A DNA stretch of 63,964 bases, counting the filler. It is 5 parts of 5 records of this genome, joined end to end, with 100 filler letters (N's around TTAATTAATTAA, not from the genome) between each part and the next. Parts side by side here need not be neighbours in the genome. Positions count along the whole stretch, not along the records: positions 21,530 to 52,317 come from DRR723986_11288; positions 52,418 to 58,321 come from DRR723986_11296; 3 more parts are not named here. The stretch is one strand, 5' to 3'. The notes beneath the pieces are model-generated. The model did not search any database, was not told where the DNA came from, and saw only the letters and a program-made list of their open reading frames with translations. The position numbers and the translations under genes are program-made. Every line of letters begins with the position of its first letter. The first letter of the stretch is position 1. This document shows, piece by piece, positions 45,057-53,275 of the stretch.

Positions 45057-46022
45057 CTAATTCTTGTTAAAACCTGAACCCACGTAAACATACCTTTTAA
45101 AATATTTACCATATGGCGAATGCACATTAACATCTATGACTTGATTAATAATTTTTCTAATTTCCTTTAAAGTATTTTCTTGACCATAATAAAACACTTG
45201 CAGTTTTTTGTAAATGGTCCTAAAATAATTGACACAGATTAAAAATAAGAACGGTGGTATCTTTTCTCGGTATATTAAGGAATTTCTGATAAAAGATATA
45301 TGTTCAATACCGACACTTACATTAAAGGCTTCATTTATGGTTTTTTGGATGGCACGACACGCATAATAGTTTTGATCTTTAGAATACTTTTGAGAAATAC
45401 TTTCGCTGTTGACTTTGTAATTTATAAGTTCATCTTTAAGATTCACTCCCAAATGTCTACGAGTAAAAAGTTGTAATATCAGTCTATAATCTTGAGCGTA
45501 TTTAAATTCTTCATCATAACCCCCAATATCCAGTAAACAGGATTTGCGCATCATAAGACTAGGGTGTGCAAATACATTTTTAAAGAAAACAAGTGCATTT
45601 ACAATATGTGGTTCAACAGGGACATCAAAATATGAGACTTCTTTATTAAGTTCTTTTATTGCCCTGATTCGAGATCCACAAAATGCCATGTTATTTTGAC
45701 TTAAAAATTTAATCTGTTTTTCAAACCGTATTAAGTCTGCCTCATCGTCAGCGTCAATTCTGGCTATAAACTCACCCTTAGCCATAAATAAACCCTTATT
45801 CAGAGATTTGGTAAGACCCAAATTAAATTCGTTGTTAATTAATTTAATTCTAGAATCATTATAAGAACTAATAACTTTATTGGTACTATCTGTAGAGGCA
45901 TCATTAATAATTATAAATTCAAAATCTCGGTAAGTTTGGTTTAGTATACTTTCAATACACTTATGTACATGTTGTTCAGCGTTAAAAACCGACAGCAATA
46001 CAGAAATTCGCGGTGATATCAC
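45057..46022 (-). CDS. Glycosyltransferase family 2
   Basis: INDASTD, GLTKSLNKG, ARIDADD and AQDY. Confidence 0.92.
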   Translation of the reverse strand: MISPRISVLLSVFNAEQHVHKCIESILNQTYRDFEFIIINDASTDSTNKVISSYNDSRIKLINNEFNLGLTKSLNKGLFMAKGEFIARIDADDEADLIRFEKQIKFLSQNNMAFCGSRIRAIKELNKEVSYFDVPVEPHIVNALVFFKNVFAHPSLMMRKSCLLDIGGYDEEFKYAQDYRLILQLFTRRHLGVNLKDELINYKVNSESISQKYSKDQNYYACRAIQKTINEAFNVSVGIEHISFIRNSLIYREKIPPFLFLICVNYFRTIYKKLQVFYYGQENTLKEIRKIINQVIDVNVHSPYGKYFKRYVYVGSGFNKN

Positions 46023-47033
46023 TTAACTCAAAAGCTTGTTAAATAGGTCAATATAACGTGCCCCACAAATTTTAAATTCATTTTCTTTACAATATTTAAT
46101 GGCCAGTTCTTTGTAATTTGAATAATTCTCTACCGCCATTTCAATTTTATCTTTTAGACCTAGATAATCGAAATCCTCATATTTTTGAAAAATATCATCC
46201 GAAACAGGTGCCAAAAGATCTGTTGCAAAATGTAAAAGTTCGCTCATTGACCCTGAATTAAAACCCACAACAGGTAAACCGCAGGCCGAGGCTTCAAGCA
46301 CCGAGTTGGGACAGGGAGGATTTAAATGGGAATAAATAAAAATATGTGCTTCTCTCAATAAAGTGGCTACAGTTGATAACTCTTGTTTATTTTTAAAAAC
46401 AACATAGTCTCTTTGCAAAAAAGGTTTTAAATCTTCGTTAACTACGGGGCCAACGATAGTCAGTTGAAATTTAAAGGATGTAATACTATCTAGTGCCAAA
46501 ATAACAGGCTCAAGCATATCAATATTTCTAAAATTACCTGTAGTTATAAATTTTACGCCATCAGCCAAATTCAAATTGCTCGTTGAAGGATAAAAAATAT
46601 TGGTGTTTACACCATTTTTAATAATAGAATAAGTATCGGCTTCCTTTACCCCAAACAACTTAAAACATTGTCTTTTACAATATGCACTTTGAAAGACAAC
46701 GTGATCTGCATAATCTGAATAAATACGCTCAATATCAGCATTTAACTCAACATAATTGTCACCGTGTTTCTCTTTATAATAAATGCCATCCAACCTCTGT
46801 ATAATTTTTCTTTTAGAAGTTTTAAATTGTTCAAGTTGATCAAGATGAAATGATATGGGAAAAAAAATAGCATTAGCATTAATATGGTTATTGGTGTAGA
46901 CATACTGTTGTGAATCAAAATAATGCTTTAAATTGTGCATAAAGGTGGATGGACCACCTACATAATTATATTTTTGAAATGGAATAAATATTATTTTTTT
47001 TTTAGGTGGAAATAGATTCTTAAGTAAGTGCAT
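46023..47033 (-). CDS. Glycosyltransferase family 4-like
   Basis: GGPSTF, QRLDG and PCPNSVLEASACGLPVVGFNSG. Confidence 0.88.
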   Translation of the reverse strand: MHLLKNLFPPKKKIIFIPFQKYNYVGGPSTFMHNLKHYFDSQQYVYTNNHINANAIFFPISFHLDQLEQFKTSKRKIIQRLDGIYYKEKHGDNYVELNADIERIYSDYADHVVFQSAYCKRQCFKLFGVKEADTYSIIKNGVNTNIFYPSTSNLNLADGVKFITTGNFRNIDMLEPVILALDSITSFKFQLTIVGPVVNEDLKPFLQRDYVVFKNKQELSTVATLLREAHIFIYSHLNPPCPNSVLEASACGLPVVGFNSGSMSELLHFATDLLAPVSDDIFQKYEDFDYLGLKDKIEMAVENYSNYKELAIKYCKENEFKICGARYIDLFNKLLS

Positions 47034-47126
47034 AAAAATTTAGTCCTGAATTTTGATTTTTTGGATAAAATATACCGGTTAATAAATATTTTTTAGGCAT
47101 GAAAAACCATTATAATTGTCAATATA

Positions 47127-47819
47127 TCAATTATTTTTTTTTAATAGATACCATAATGTCCAGGTGTTAAATTCTTCAAAGTCCATATCATTCCTGTAAA
47201 GAATTTTTCTGGCCTCAATTATTTTCATTTTTTCGTTTTCTGTTAAGCCATGAGATTCAAGCGCGTCATTTTTGCGGATGCAATGTAAATCTAAAATATC
47301 CATATAGTTTTTTTCAGCCCTGTATTCAATAAATCTTTTCGCTTCGTTAAATGAATAAAACCATTTATGTCTATCGTCAGGTCGTTCGTTCGGTAAACCA
47401 TAGAATTTAATATTGGTGTGCTGATTATATGGTTTAGATTCAAAGTTCTCCATCATAGACGCCCATGGATTCGGCAATGAAATAATTACATAATTTTTTG
47501 TCAATGCACAAAGTCTGTCAAACATTTCGTGTATATTTTCCAAATGCTCGAGCACATCTAAACAAAGCACACAATTAAAACTGTTATCCTCAAACGGTAT
47601 TTGATCTTTTTCTAGATCTAGTCTAATTAAATCAGGGTTTGAGCCAAAACCGATACCTTTATAAACCACGCTTTCTTCTAATAGGGGTTTTAAATACAAT
47701 TCATCTGCGCCAACATCTAAAATACTTTCTTTTAGAACATTGTTGTATTTTTCAAATACCCACTTTGCTTTTGATTTGCGGTCTGTATATCGGTAATTTA
47801 ATTTATTTACTAAATTCAT
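47127..47819 (-). CDS. Class I SAM-dependent methyltransferase
   Basis: ILDVGAD, PFEDNSFNCVLCLDVLEHL and IISLPN. Confidence 0.88.
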   Translation of the reverse strand: MNLVNKLNYRYTDRKSKAKWVFEKYNNVLKESILDVGADELYLKPLLEESVVYKGIGFGSNPDLIRLDLEKDQIPFEDNSFNCVLCLDVLEHLENIHEMFDRLCALTKNYVIISLPNPWASMMENFESKPYNQHTNIKFYGLPNERPDDRHKWFYSFNEAKRFIEYRAEKNYMDILDLHCIRKNDALESHGLTENEKMKIIEARKILYRNDMDFEEFNTWTLWYLLKKNN

Positions 47820-48003
47820 AGTTTTTTTTATTTTGAAATTTTCTATTTACAATAAAATTCATAATACTTCTGTATAAATTGGCACTATCGGTCTTTAATT
47901 AAAAATTTAGCAACCCTTGTTTGGTTATAATATTTGTGATGAACAACATACTTATTTTCATCAATTAAACATCTATTTCCAACAAAATCAATTCTCGAGC
48001 AGC

Positions 48004-48831
48004 CTAAAATGTAACACCATCTCTTAACCAAGAATTGTAAATACTTACATTTAACGAGCCCACGTCTAATGCTTGTTTTTTATATAATTTTGTTATTTCG
48101 TAGGAAAGAATTGTAGCAAATGGACCTCCTTGAATAATAACTACATCAACATTTAATATATTCGATTGCAACTCCTTAATTTTATGATCAAACTGTAAAC
48201 AAGCATTTTTGGGATTTATTTCAATAAAACTACAAGATTTAAAACTTTTTATAATTTTTTTTTCTACCAGAAACTGAAAAGATGGAGCAATGAGAGGAGA
48301 TTGAGGGCTTACAAAAAGTATATTTTTATTTTCAAATAACCTAGAGTATAAACGTTGTACATATTTTATATTATCATTTTTATACTCTTTAATATAGCGG
48401 TCTAAGAAAAACACTGTCGCTTCACCAAGCACCTTTAAATTACTATAACTTTTAATATATTTTAAATATCGTTTATAAAAAATCTGTTCATCTTTCCTAA
48501 ATAATATTCCAATATCATTTTCTGATTTTACGGTAATTGATTTTATATATTTCTTCTTGGATCTCGCATATTTTTTTACGATAAAATATTCTTTACATTT
48601 TGAAAAATTATTGTTGTAGCAAATTAAAATATTTGGATCTGTATTTTTTAATATATTTATTAATCTATCTCTAATATCTTCGTTGTAATCTTGAAAAGTA
48701 ATACCTCTTTGTTCTAGGGCTATAATTAGTTCCCCATCTCCAAATCGGGATACGGAAATATTTTTATTTACAATAAGTTCTAATGTTTCAATTTTAGTCA
48801 GTAATTTTAGTTTTCTTTTAAAAAATTGCAT
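48004..48831 (-). CDS. GT-D fold glycosyltransferase (DUF1792-like)
   Basis: SVSRFGDGEL...GITFQDYN...RLINIL and C-terminal GPFATILSY...QALDVG; extremely AT-rich. Confidence 0.8.
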   Translation of the reverse strand: MQFFKRKLKLLTKIETLELIVNKNISVSRFGDGELIIALEQRGITFQDYNEDIRDRLINILKNTDPNILICYNNNFSKCKEYFIVKKYARSKKKYIKSITVKSENDIGILFRKDEQIFYKRYLKYIKSYSNLKVLGEATVFFLDRYIKEYKNDNIKYVQRLYSRLFENKNILFVSPQSPLIAPSFQFLVEKKIIKSFKSCSFIEINPKNACLQFDHKIKELQSNILNVDVVIIQGGPFATILSYEITKLYKKQALDVGSLNVSIYNSWLRDGVTF

Positions 48832-50102
48832 TAATTTAATTTGTTAATTGAATAAACACTTTCAGTATAGACATAACCCCTTTCTAAGGTTTTGTAATCT
48901 GAATTAACTTTAAATACGCTATCTAGTCTAGTTTTATTATATGTTATAAAACTTTTGTTGTTTCTGAAGGTTATCGTACCAAACTGGTATACCCCTGTAT
49001 TTAAATTGTGTTTCTTTAATTTTATTTTTAATCTATACTCACCAATTTCAATATTACTCAGTTTAAAGCCTTCATTCTCTTCAATTATCAAATCTACACA
49101 ATAATTATTGGGATTACTTTCTGGTGTAATAGGAACGTAAATAGTCAGATTTTTAATTAATTCATTGACCTTAAAATCAATAATAATATTAAGCCCAGAA
49201 TTTAATTGAATTGTATTAATTGTCTGATTAAAATCATCAATTAAACCCAATCCTAAAAAATCAATAATTTCATTGCTAAAACTGGATTTATTTTGTTGAT
49301 ATAAATTATTGCCTTTTAACAGACGCCTACTTAATCTGTTATTTCTCATTATACCTTCGTAATAAACACAAGCTGCAAAAGGATCTCCTTGATACACTAT
49401 GGTACCTTTATCTAAAACAATAATTCTATCACTTAGCAAACGCATCTGTTCAATATCATGGGAAATAAATACTAATCCATTCGCTTTAAGTTTATACTCT
49501 TCCATTTTTGATAACGCCTTATTCTTAAACCCAATATCTCCAACACTAAGCACCTCATCTACAAGCAATATATCTGGCTCGCAGTGCATTGCCACAGAAA
49601 AACCAAGCCGCACCTTCATTCCGCTACTGTAGGTTGCTACAGGAGCATTTAAGGCGTCTTCTGGAATTTCAGAAAATGCAGTTATATCATTAATTATTTC
49701 ATCAATTCTATCTTTTGTAAGACCTAGGATGGTACCATTTAAATAAATATTTTCATACCCCGTCATGTGAGGATGAAACCCAGCGCCTACCGCAATTAAC
49801 GCCCCAATATTGCCGTTTATCTCTATTTTTCCATGATCTGGAGGAAAGATGCCAGCAAGCAGTCTAAGTAGAGTACTTTTACCAGAGCCATTGGCACCAA
49901 GTATTCCAAGGGTTTCTCCTTTTTTTAACTCAAAACTAATATCATTCAAAGACCAAAACTCTGAAGGTCTTAACGTATCTGTGCTATAGTTTACGCCCAC
50001 CATCGTCTTTAGGGCATCTGTAACACCATAGTACATACTCCGCTTTAAAGACCTGCAAAATTTTTTGGACAGGTGGTCTACTTTTATTAAAACTTCACTC
50101 AT
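48831..50102 (-). CDS. wzt: Polysaccharide ABC exporter ATP-binding subunit with C-terminal carbohydrate-binding domain
   Basis: GANGSGKST, YSSGMKVRLGF and VDEVLSVGD, plus a C-terminal extension of about 150 aa. Confidence 0.93.
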   Translation of the reverse strand: MSEVLIKVDHLSKKFCRSLKRSMYYGVTDALKTMVGVNYSTDTLRPSEFWSLNDISFELKKGETLGILGANGSGKSTLLRLLAGIFPPDHGKIEINGNIGALIAVGAGFHPHMTGYENIYLNGTILGLTKDRIDEIINDITAFSEIPEDALNAPVATYSSGMKVRLGFSVAMHCEPDILLVDEVLSVGDIGFKNKALSKMEEYKLKANGLVFISHDIEQMRLLSDRIIVLDKGTIVYQGDPFAACVYYEGIMRNNRLSRRLLKGNNLYQQNKSSFSNEIIDFLGLGLIDDFNQTINTIQLNSGLNIIIDFKVNELIKNLTIYVPITPESNPNNYCVDLIIEENEGFKLSNIEIGEYRLKIKLKKHNLNTGVYQFGTITFRNNKSFITYNKTRLDSVFKVNSDYKTLERGYVYTESVYSINKLN

Positions 50103-50125
50103 AATTATTGTTGATCTCTCATGTC

Positions 50126-50974
50126 TTAAATCATTTTTTCAATCACTTTTTTTTCTGAGATGTAAAAAAAGCGAAGAGCCACCATAAAAAGAAGAGTAGC
50201 CATTACTATAGATAATAAATAATAGAAAGGATTAGACATTGTTCCTGTTAATATTAAATCTCTAGGAGCGGTTATCAAATATGTTAAAGGGTTATATAAA
50301 TTACACTGTTGCAACCAAACTACTTTTTCTGAAGAATCATAAATAACGGGCGTAATAAACATAAGCAATGAAAGAAAAAAAGATGCAATTCTAGACACAT
50401 CTGAGGTAAGGGTACTCAAAATAGACACCATTAAACCAGCACTAGCAGCCAAAAAAAATATAGGTATTAGAAACAATGGTACCAATAGTATAAACCATGT
50501 TGGTATCACCCCAAAAGAGAGCATCACAACAATATTTATAATAAGTGAAATACCAAAATTGGTTAAATTTTGTAACCCTTGCTTAAACACCAAGGCTTCG
50601 TGATGAAAATGAACTTGTTGTATAAAACCTTGCGCTATTTGAAGCGTTTGACTTGTACTAGTAAAAAAACTCATAAACAAGCCCCAAATAGAAGTGCCAA
50701 ACAGCACATAAACAGGGTACGGCACACCAACATCACCAGGTGACAGAACACCTGCAGAGTCCATCAGTACCCAAGAAACTATACCCATTATTGGTCCAAA
50801 AATCATCCATCCTAGGCCTAAAAATGATTTTTTATATTGCATTAAAAAATCACGTTTGTAGAGTTGTAATATTAATTCTTTAGAGGCTACAGTGTTTTTA
50901 ATAACTGCTAGCATGGTTTTAAAGAAACCAATTTTAGCATATTGATTTGGCTCGTAAATTACTTTGTTACTCAT
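50126..50974 (-). CDS. wzm: Polysaccharide ABC exporter permease
   Basis: RDFLMQYKKSFLGLGW, MFITPVIY and YNPLTY (ABC-2 membrane motifs). Confidence 0.93.
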   Translation of the reverse strand: MSNKVIYEPNQYAKIGFFKTMLAVIKNTVASKELILQLYKRDFLMQYKKSFLGLGWMIFGPIMGIVSWVLMDSAGVLSPGDVGVPYPVYVLFGTSIWGLFMSFFTSTSQTLQIAQGFIQQVHFHHEALVFKQGLQNLTNFGISLIINIVVMLSFGVIPTWFILLVPLFLIPIFFLAASAGLMVSILSTLTSDVSRIASFFLSLLMFITPVIYDSSEKVVWLQQCNLYNPLTYLITAPRDLILTGTMSNPFYYLLSIVMATLLFMVALRFFYISEKKVIEKMI

Positions 50975-51030
50975 GAATAATTATATTTAGCGGAAAACAG
51001 AACTAAAAAATACTTGGAGATTTGTTTCTC

Positions 51031-51058
51031 CACAGCTTCGCCACCTCAAGTCCCATTA
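51031..51058 (-). promoter_or_regulatory. ops/JUMPstart-like element, copy 2 (56 nt upstream of wzm)
   Basis: TAATGGGACTTGAGGTGGCGAAGCTGTG; 21/28 identical to the copy at 51344-51371; contains the GCGAAGC mini-hairpin. Function is inferred. Confidence 0.6.
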
Positions 51059-51090
51059 CATTTTTGTAATGGTTTGATTTTTATTGTATT

Positions 51091-51123
51091 AAAAAAAACC
51101 AGTGCTTATTTTATAAGCACTGG
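51091..51123 (-). terminator. Intrinsic terminator between the upxY remnant and wzm
   Basis: CCAGTGCTTAT-AAA-ATAAGCACTGG (11-bp stem) followed by T8, 8 nt after the remnant's stop codon. Confidence 0.9.
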
Positions 51124-51131
51124 GGCGTAAG

Positions 51132-51323
51132 CTACTCTAGCTGTAGGGTTACTACAAAACCTAGACGCTCCAACACCACCCAGCATTTATTGCCAGATAC
51201 GTGTCTTACTTTCCCTTTTTGAGCAGTAGCTCCAAAACCAGGCACATCTATAATATCTCCTGCCTAGATCGCTTTAATGGCTATAATGTTTGTTCCTTTT
51301 TTCTCGATGTCTCTAAAAATCAC
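51132..51323 (-). pseudogene. upxY: Remnant of a UpxY/NusG-paralog antiterminator (KOW domain only, internal TAG)
   Basis: Manual translation: VIFRDIEKKGTNIIAIKAI*AGDIIDVPGFGATAQKGKVRHVSGNKCWVVLERLGFVVTLQLE*. It shows a KOW-like GDxIxV..G..G..GKV pattern and the UpxY-like ending VVLERLGFVVTL. In-frame TAG at 51264-51266; no NGN domain visible upstream. Confidence 0.7.
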
Positions 51324-51343
51324 TTAAAGCCCTTGTTTTTTTA

Positions 51344-51371
51344 CACAGCTACGCTGCTATCAGTCCCATTA
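51344..51371 (-). promoter_or_regulatory. ops/JUMPstart-like element, copy 1 (upstream of the upxY remnant)
   Basis: TAATGGGACTGATAGCAGCGTAGCTGTG; direct repeat of 51031-51058, 313 bp apart. Confidence 0.6.
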
Positions 51372-51514
51372 GCTGAATTAAAGAACTGATTATCAACACC
51401 TTTAAAATTACATATAACTATCGTAAAATAGCCGCAAACACATCTCAATTAAAGTAAAACAACTTTAACGGCACGCTAAGTTCTATAGAGAAAACGAGAT
51501 GAATTGCAATGCGA

Positions 51515-51545
51515 CAAAACTAAATAAAGTAAAGTATAATGACAA
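51515..51545 (-). promoter_or_regulatory. Candidate Bacteroidota sigma-A promoter for the polysaccharide locus
   Basis: The -7 box TAGTTTTG matches TAnnTTTG, with TTG 20 nt upstream as the -33 element. Confidence 0.45.
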
Positions 51546-51726
51546 GTTAAAGCAAACAAATAAAAAGGTATATAATAAAGTTAATTACAAGTGTAATGCC
51601 ATGGTAATTGCGGCTGTGTAAACAGACCTATAAACCGCGTTTGGTAAGCCTCACTACATGTAAATAATCAAAACGTTAAAACGGCAAGTATGGAGCGAAA
51701 AAGAAGTAAAACTGAAAAAAAACAGC

Positions 51727-51930
51727 TTAACTAGACAAGCGGCGTCTATCAAAAACTGCATAAACATCGTCCTTATCTACACTAAAGTATTTACAATACG
51801 CCTTAACACTCACATAATGCTTTTTTGGCAAATGGTATGTGTTGCGAATATCAGACATAATTTCGAGCGCTGTTTTAGCGCTTACCCCATTTAATTCTTG
51901 TATGTCTTGTCGCCATAAGTACAAGCGCAT
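51727..51930 (-). CDS. Small basic putative DNA-binding protein (Bacteroidota HTH-like)
   Basis: 67 aa; QDIQELNGVSAKTALEIMSDIR...YVSVKAYCKYF resembles a widespread flavobacterial small-protein pattern (D-I-x3-G-x-S...VS-x3-FC). Confidence 0.65.
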   Translation of the reverse strand: MRLYLWRQDIQELNGVSAKTALEIMSDIRNTYHLPKKHYVSVKAYCKYFSVDKDDVYAVFDRRRLSS

Positions 51931-52260
51931 AATCTTTATCTATTATTATTATTATGATGTGGTCATAGCCCCGACTAAAACCTTTGTAACATAAAACTAT
52001 AACAGAAGAAGAGAATTGCGACAAAATAATTAATATATTCGATGATAAGTACACACCAGTAGTTTTAAACTTACAAATCACTAAAAATAACCATAAAAAT
52101 GCATAAAAAAAGGGCGCTTATTTAGTATTTTCGCATTATTTGCATGTTTTTTCTTTCAAACAAAGACAGTTTATCGGTTTTTTATCAAAAACCAAACCAA
52201 CCGTTCACCGATAAAATACGGAGCTAACACCAATAACAGTATAATCTAAAACTCACAAAA

Positions 52261-52317
52261 CGAAGCACCGAGGAATCTCATTTCAATAAAAAGATGCTTC
52301 ACTTCACTACGTTCGTT
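52261..52317. repeat. Partial palindromic interspersed repeat at the contig end
   Basis: GAGGAATCT...AGATGCTTCACTTCACTACGTTCGTT resembles dispersed Bacteroidota palindromic repeats; the assembly breaks inside it. Confidence 0.45.
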
Positions 52318-52417
52318 NNNNNNNNNNNNNNNNNNNNNNNNNNNNNNNNNNNNNNNNNNNNTTAATTAATTAANNNNNNNNNNNNNNNNNNNNNNNNNNN
52401 NNNNNNNNNNNNNNNNN
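52318..52417. other. Artificial contig-joining spacer
   Basis: N44-TTAATTAATTAA-N44. Confidence 0.99.
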
Positions 52418-53072
52418 AGGGGCTTCGGGTTAACCAGTGCCGGTCATCCAGTTTCGACAGCCGGTGCAGGTCTTTGCCCGCCGGCAGGTTTTTCAGATCA
52501 TCGGCCAGTCCAAGGTGTTTCTGCAGTTTGCCCAGATAATCCAGCAGCAAGGGTGACACATCGTCGGCGTAGATCTGGTCGCCGGTCAGAAACAGCTGGC
52601 TTGGCCGGCTCTCCTTGCGCAGATTCTCCGCCAGCAAACGGGCGCCCCGGGCGAGTTGGTCCGGCTTTTTGTCTTGCCCCGGGGAGTGAGGGCGCCGGCA
52701 GGAGGCCTGAATGAAATGCCGATGTTCCCGGGGCAGGTAAACACTGGGCAGCTTGTCCGTGCCAGGGCAAAGTGTCGCCAGCAGCTGGCTGTCTCCAAAG
52801 GGTTCGCCATCCAGTACTATTTCATAGAAGAGCTCATTGGTTTGGTGATAAGGCTCGGCGTTGTCGAGGGGAAGGTCCGTCGACAGCATGCAGATATAGC
52901 AGTTATCGCCTGCTGGTATGAACTCGGCGTCGCAGTCTCTGGTAACTGGTGATGCTCTGGCATCATCCAGATAGGTATTCAGTTGAATGCTCTCGGGACG
53001 CTGGTCTAATACCAGCCATAGGTTGAGCACGGTGCGATTGGAGTGGCGTACGATAGGGCCGCAGATGATCAT
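52418..53072 (-). CDS. PhoD-like metallophosphoesterase (3' end truncated)
   Basis: GPIVRH, ASCRRPH and LFLTGDQIYADDV; no signal peptide visible. Confidence 0.75.
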
Positions 53073-53229
53073 GGGAAACTCCTTTCCGGTATGTGAATCC
53101 TTTCGGGGGTAATGCCCGCTTTGTTGTTGTCATTAAAACGTGCAGTATATCTGATCAAATTAACCGCAGGGATCGCAAACGCAGTGTTTATGCCGCCTGT
53201 GATCGCATGTCCTTGCCTTGCTAACAAAG

Positions 53230-53252
53230 TTATCCACAGAAAGTGTGGGTAA
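53230..53252. promoter_or_regulatory. Inverted pair of DnaA boxes
   Basis: TTATCCACA (perfect) - GAAAG - TGTGGGTAA (reverse box, one mismatch), in a divergent intergenic region. Confidence 0.65.
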
Positions 53253-53275
53253 ACACACAAAGGAATGACCGTTTC

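Noticed and set aside
51201-51389. 62-aa plus-strand ORF
   Set aside because: It lies antisense to the upxY remnant and element copy 1; the minus-strand frame explains the region better.
50975-51726. Invertible (phase-variable) promoter as in Bacteroides capsule loci
   Set aside because: The repeats found here are direct, not inverted; no inverted pair flanks the candidate promoter and no recombinase is present in the contig.
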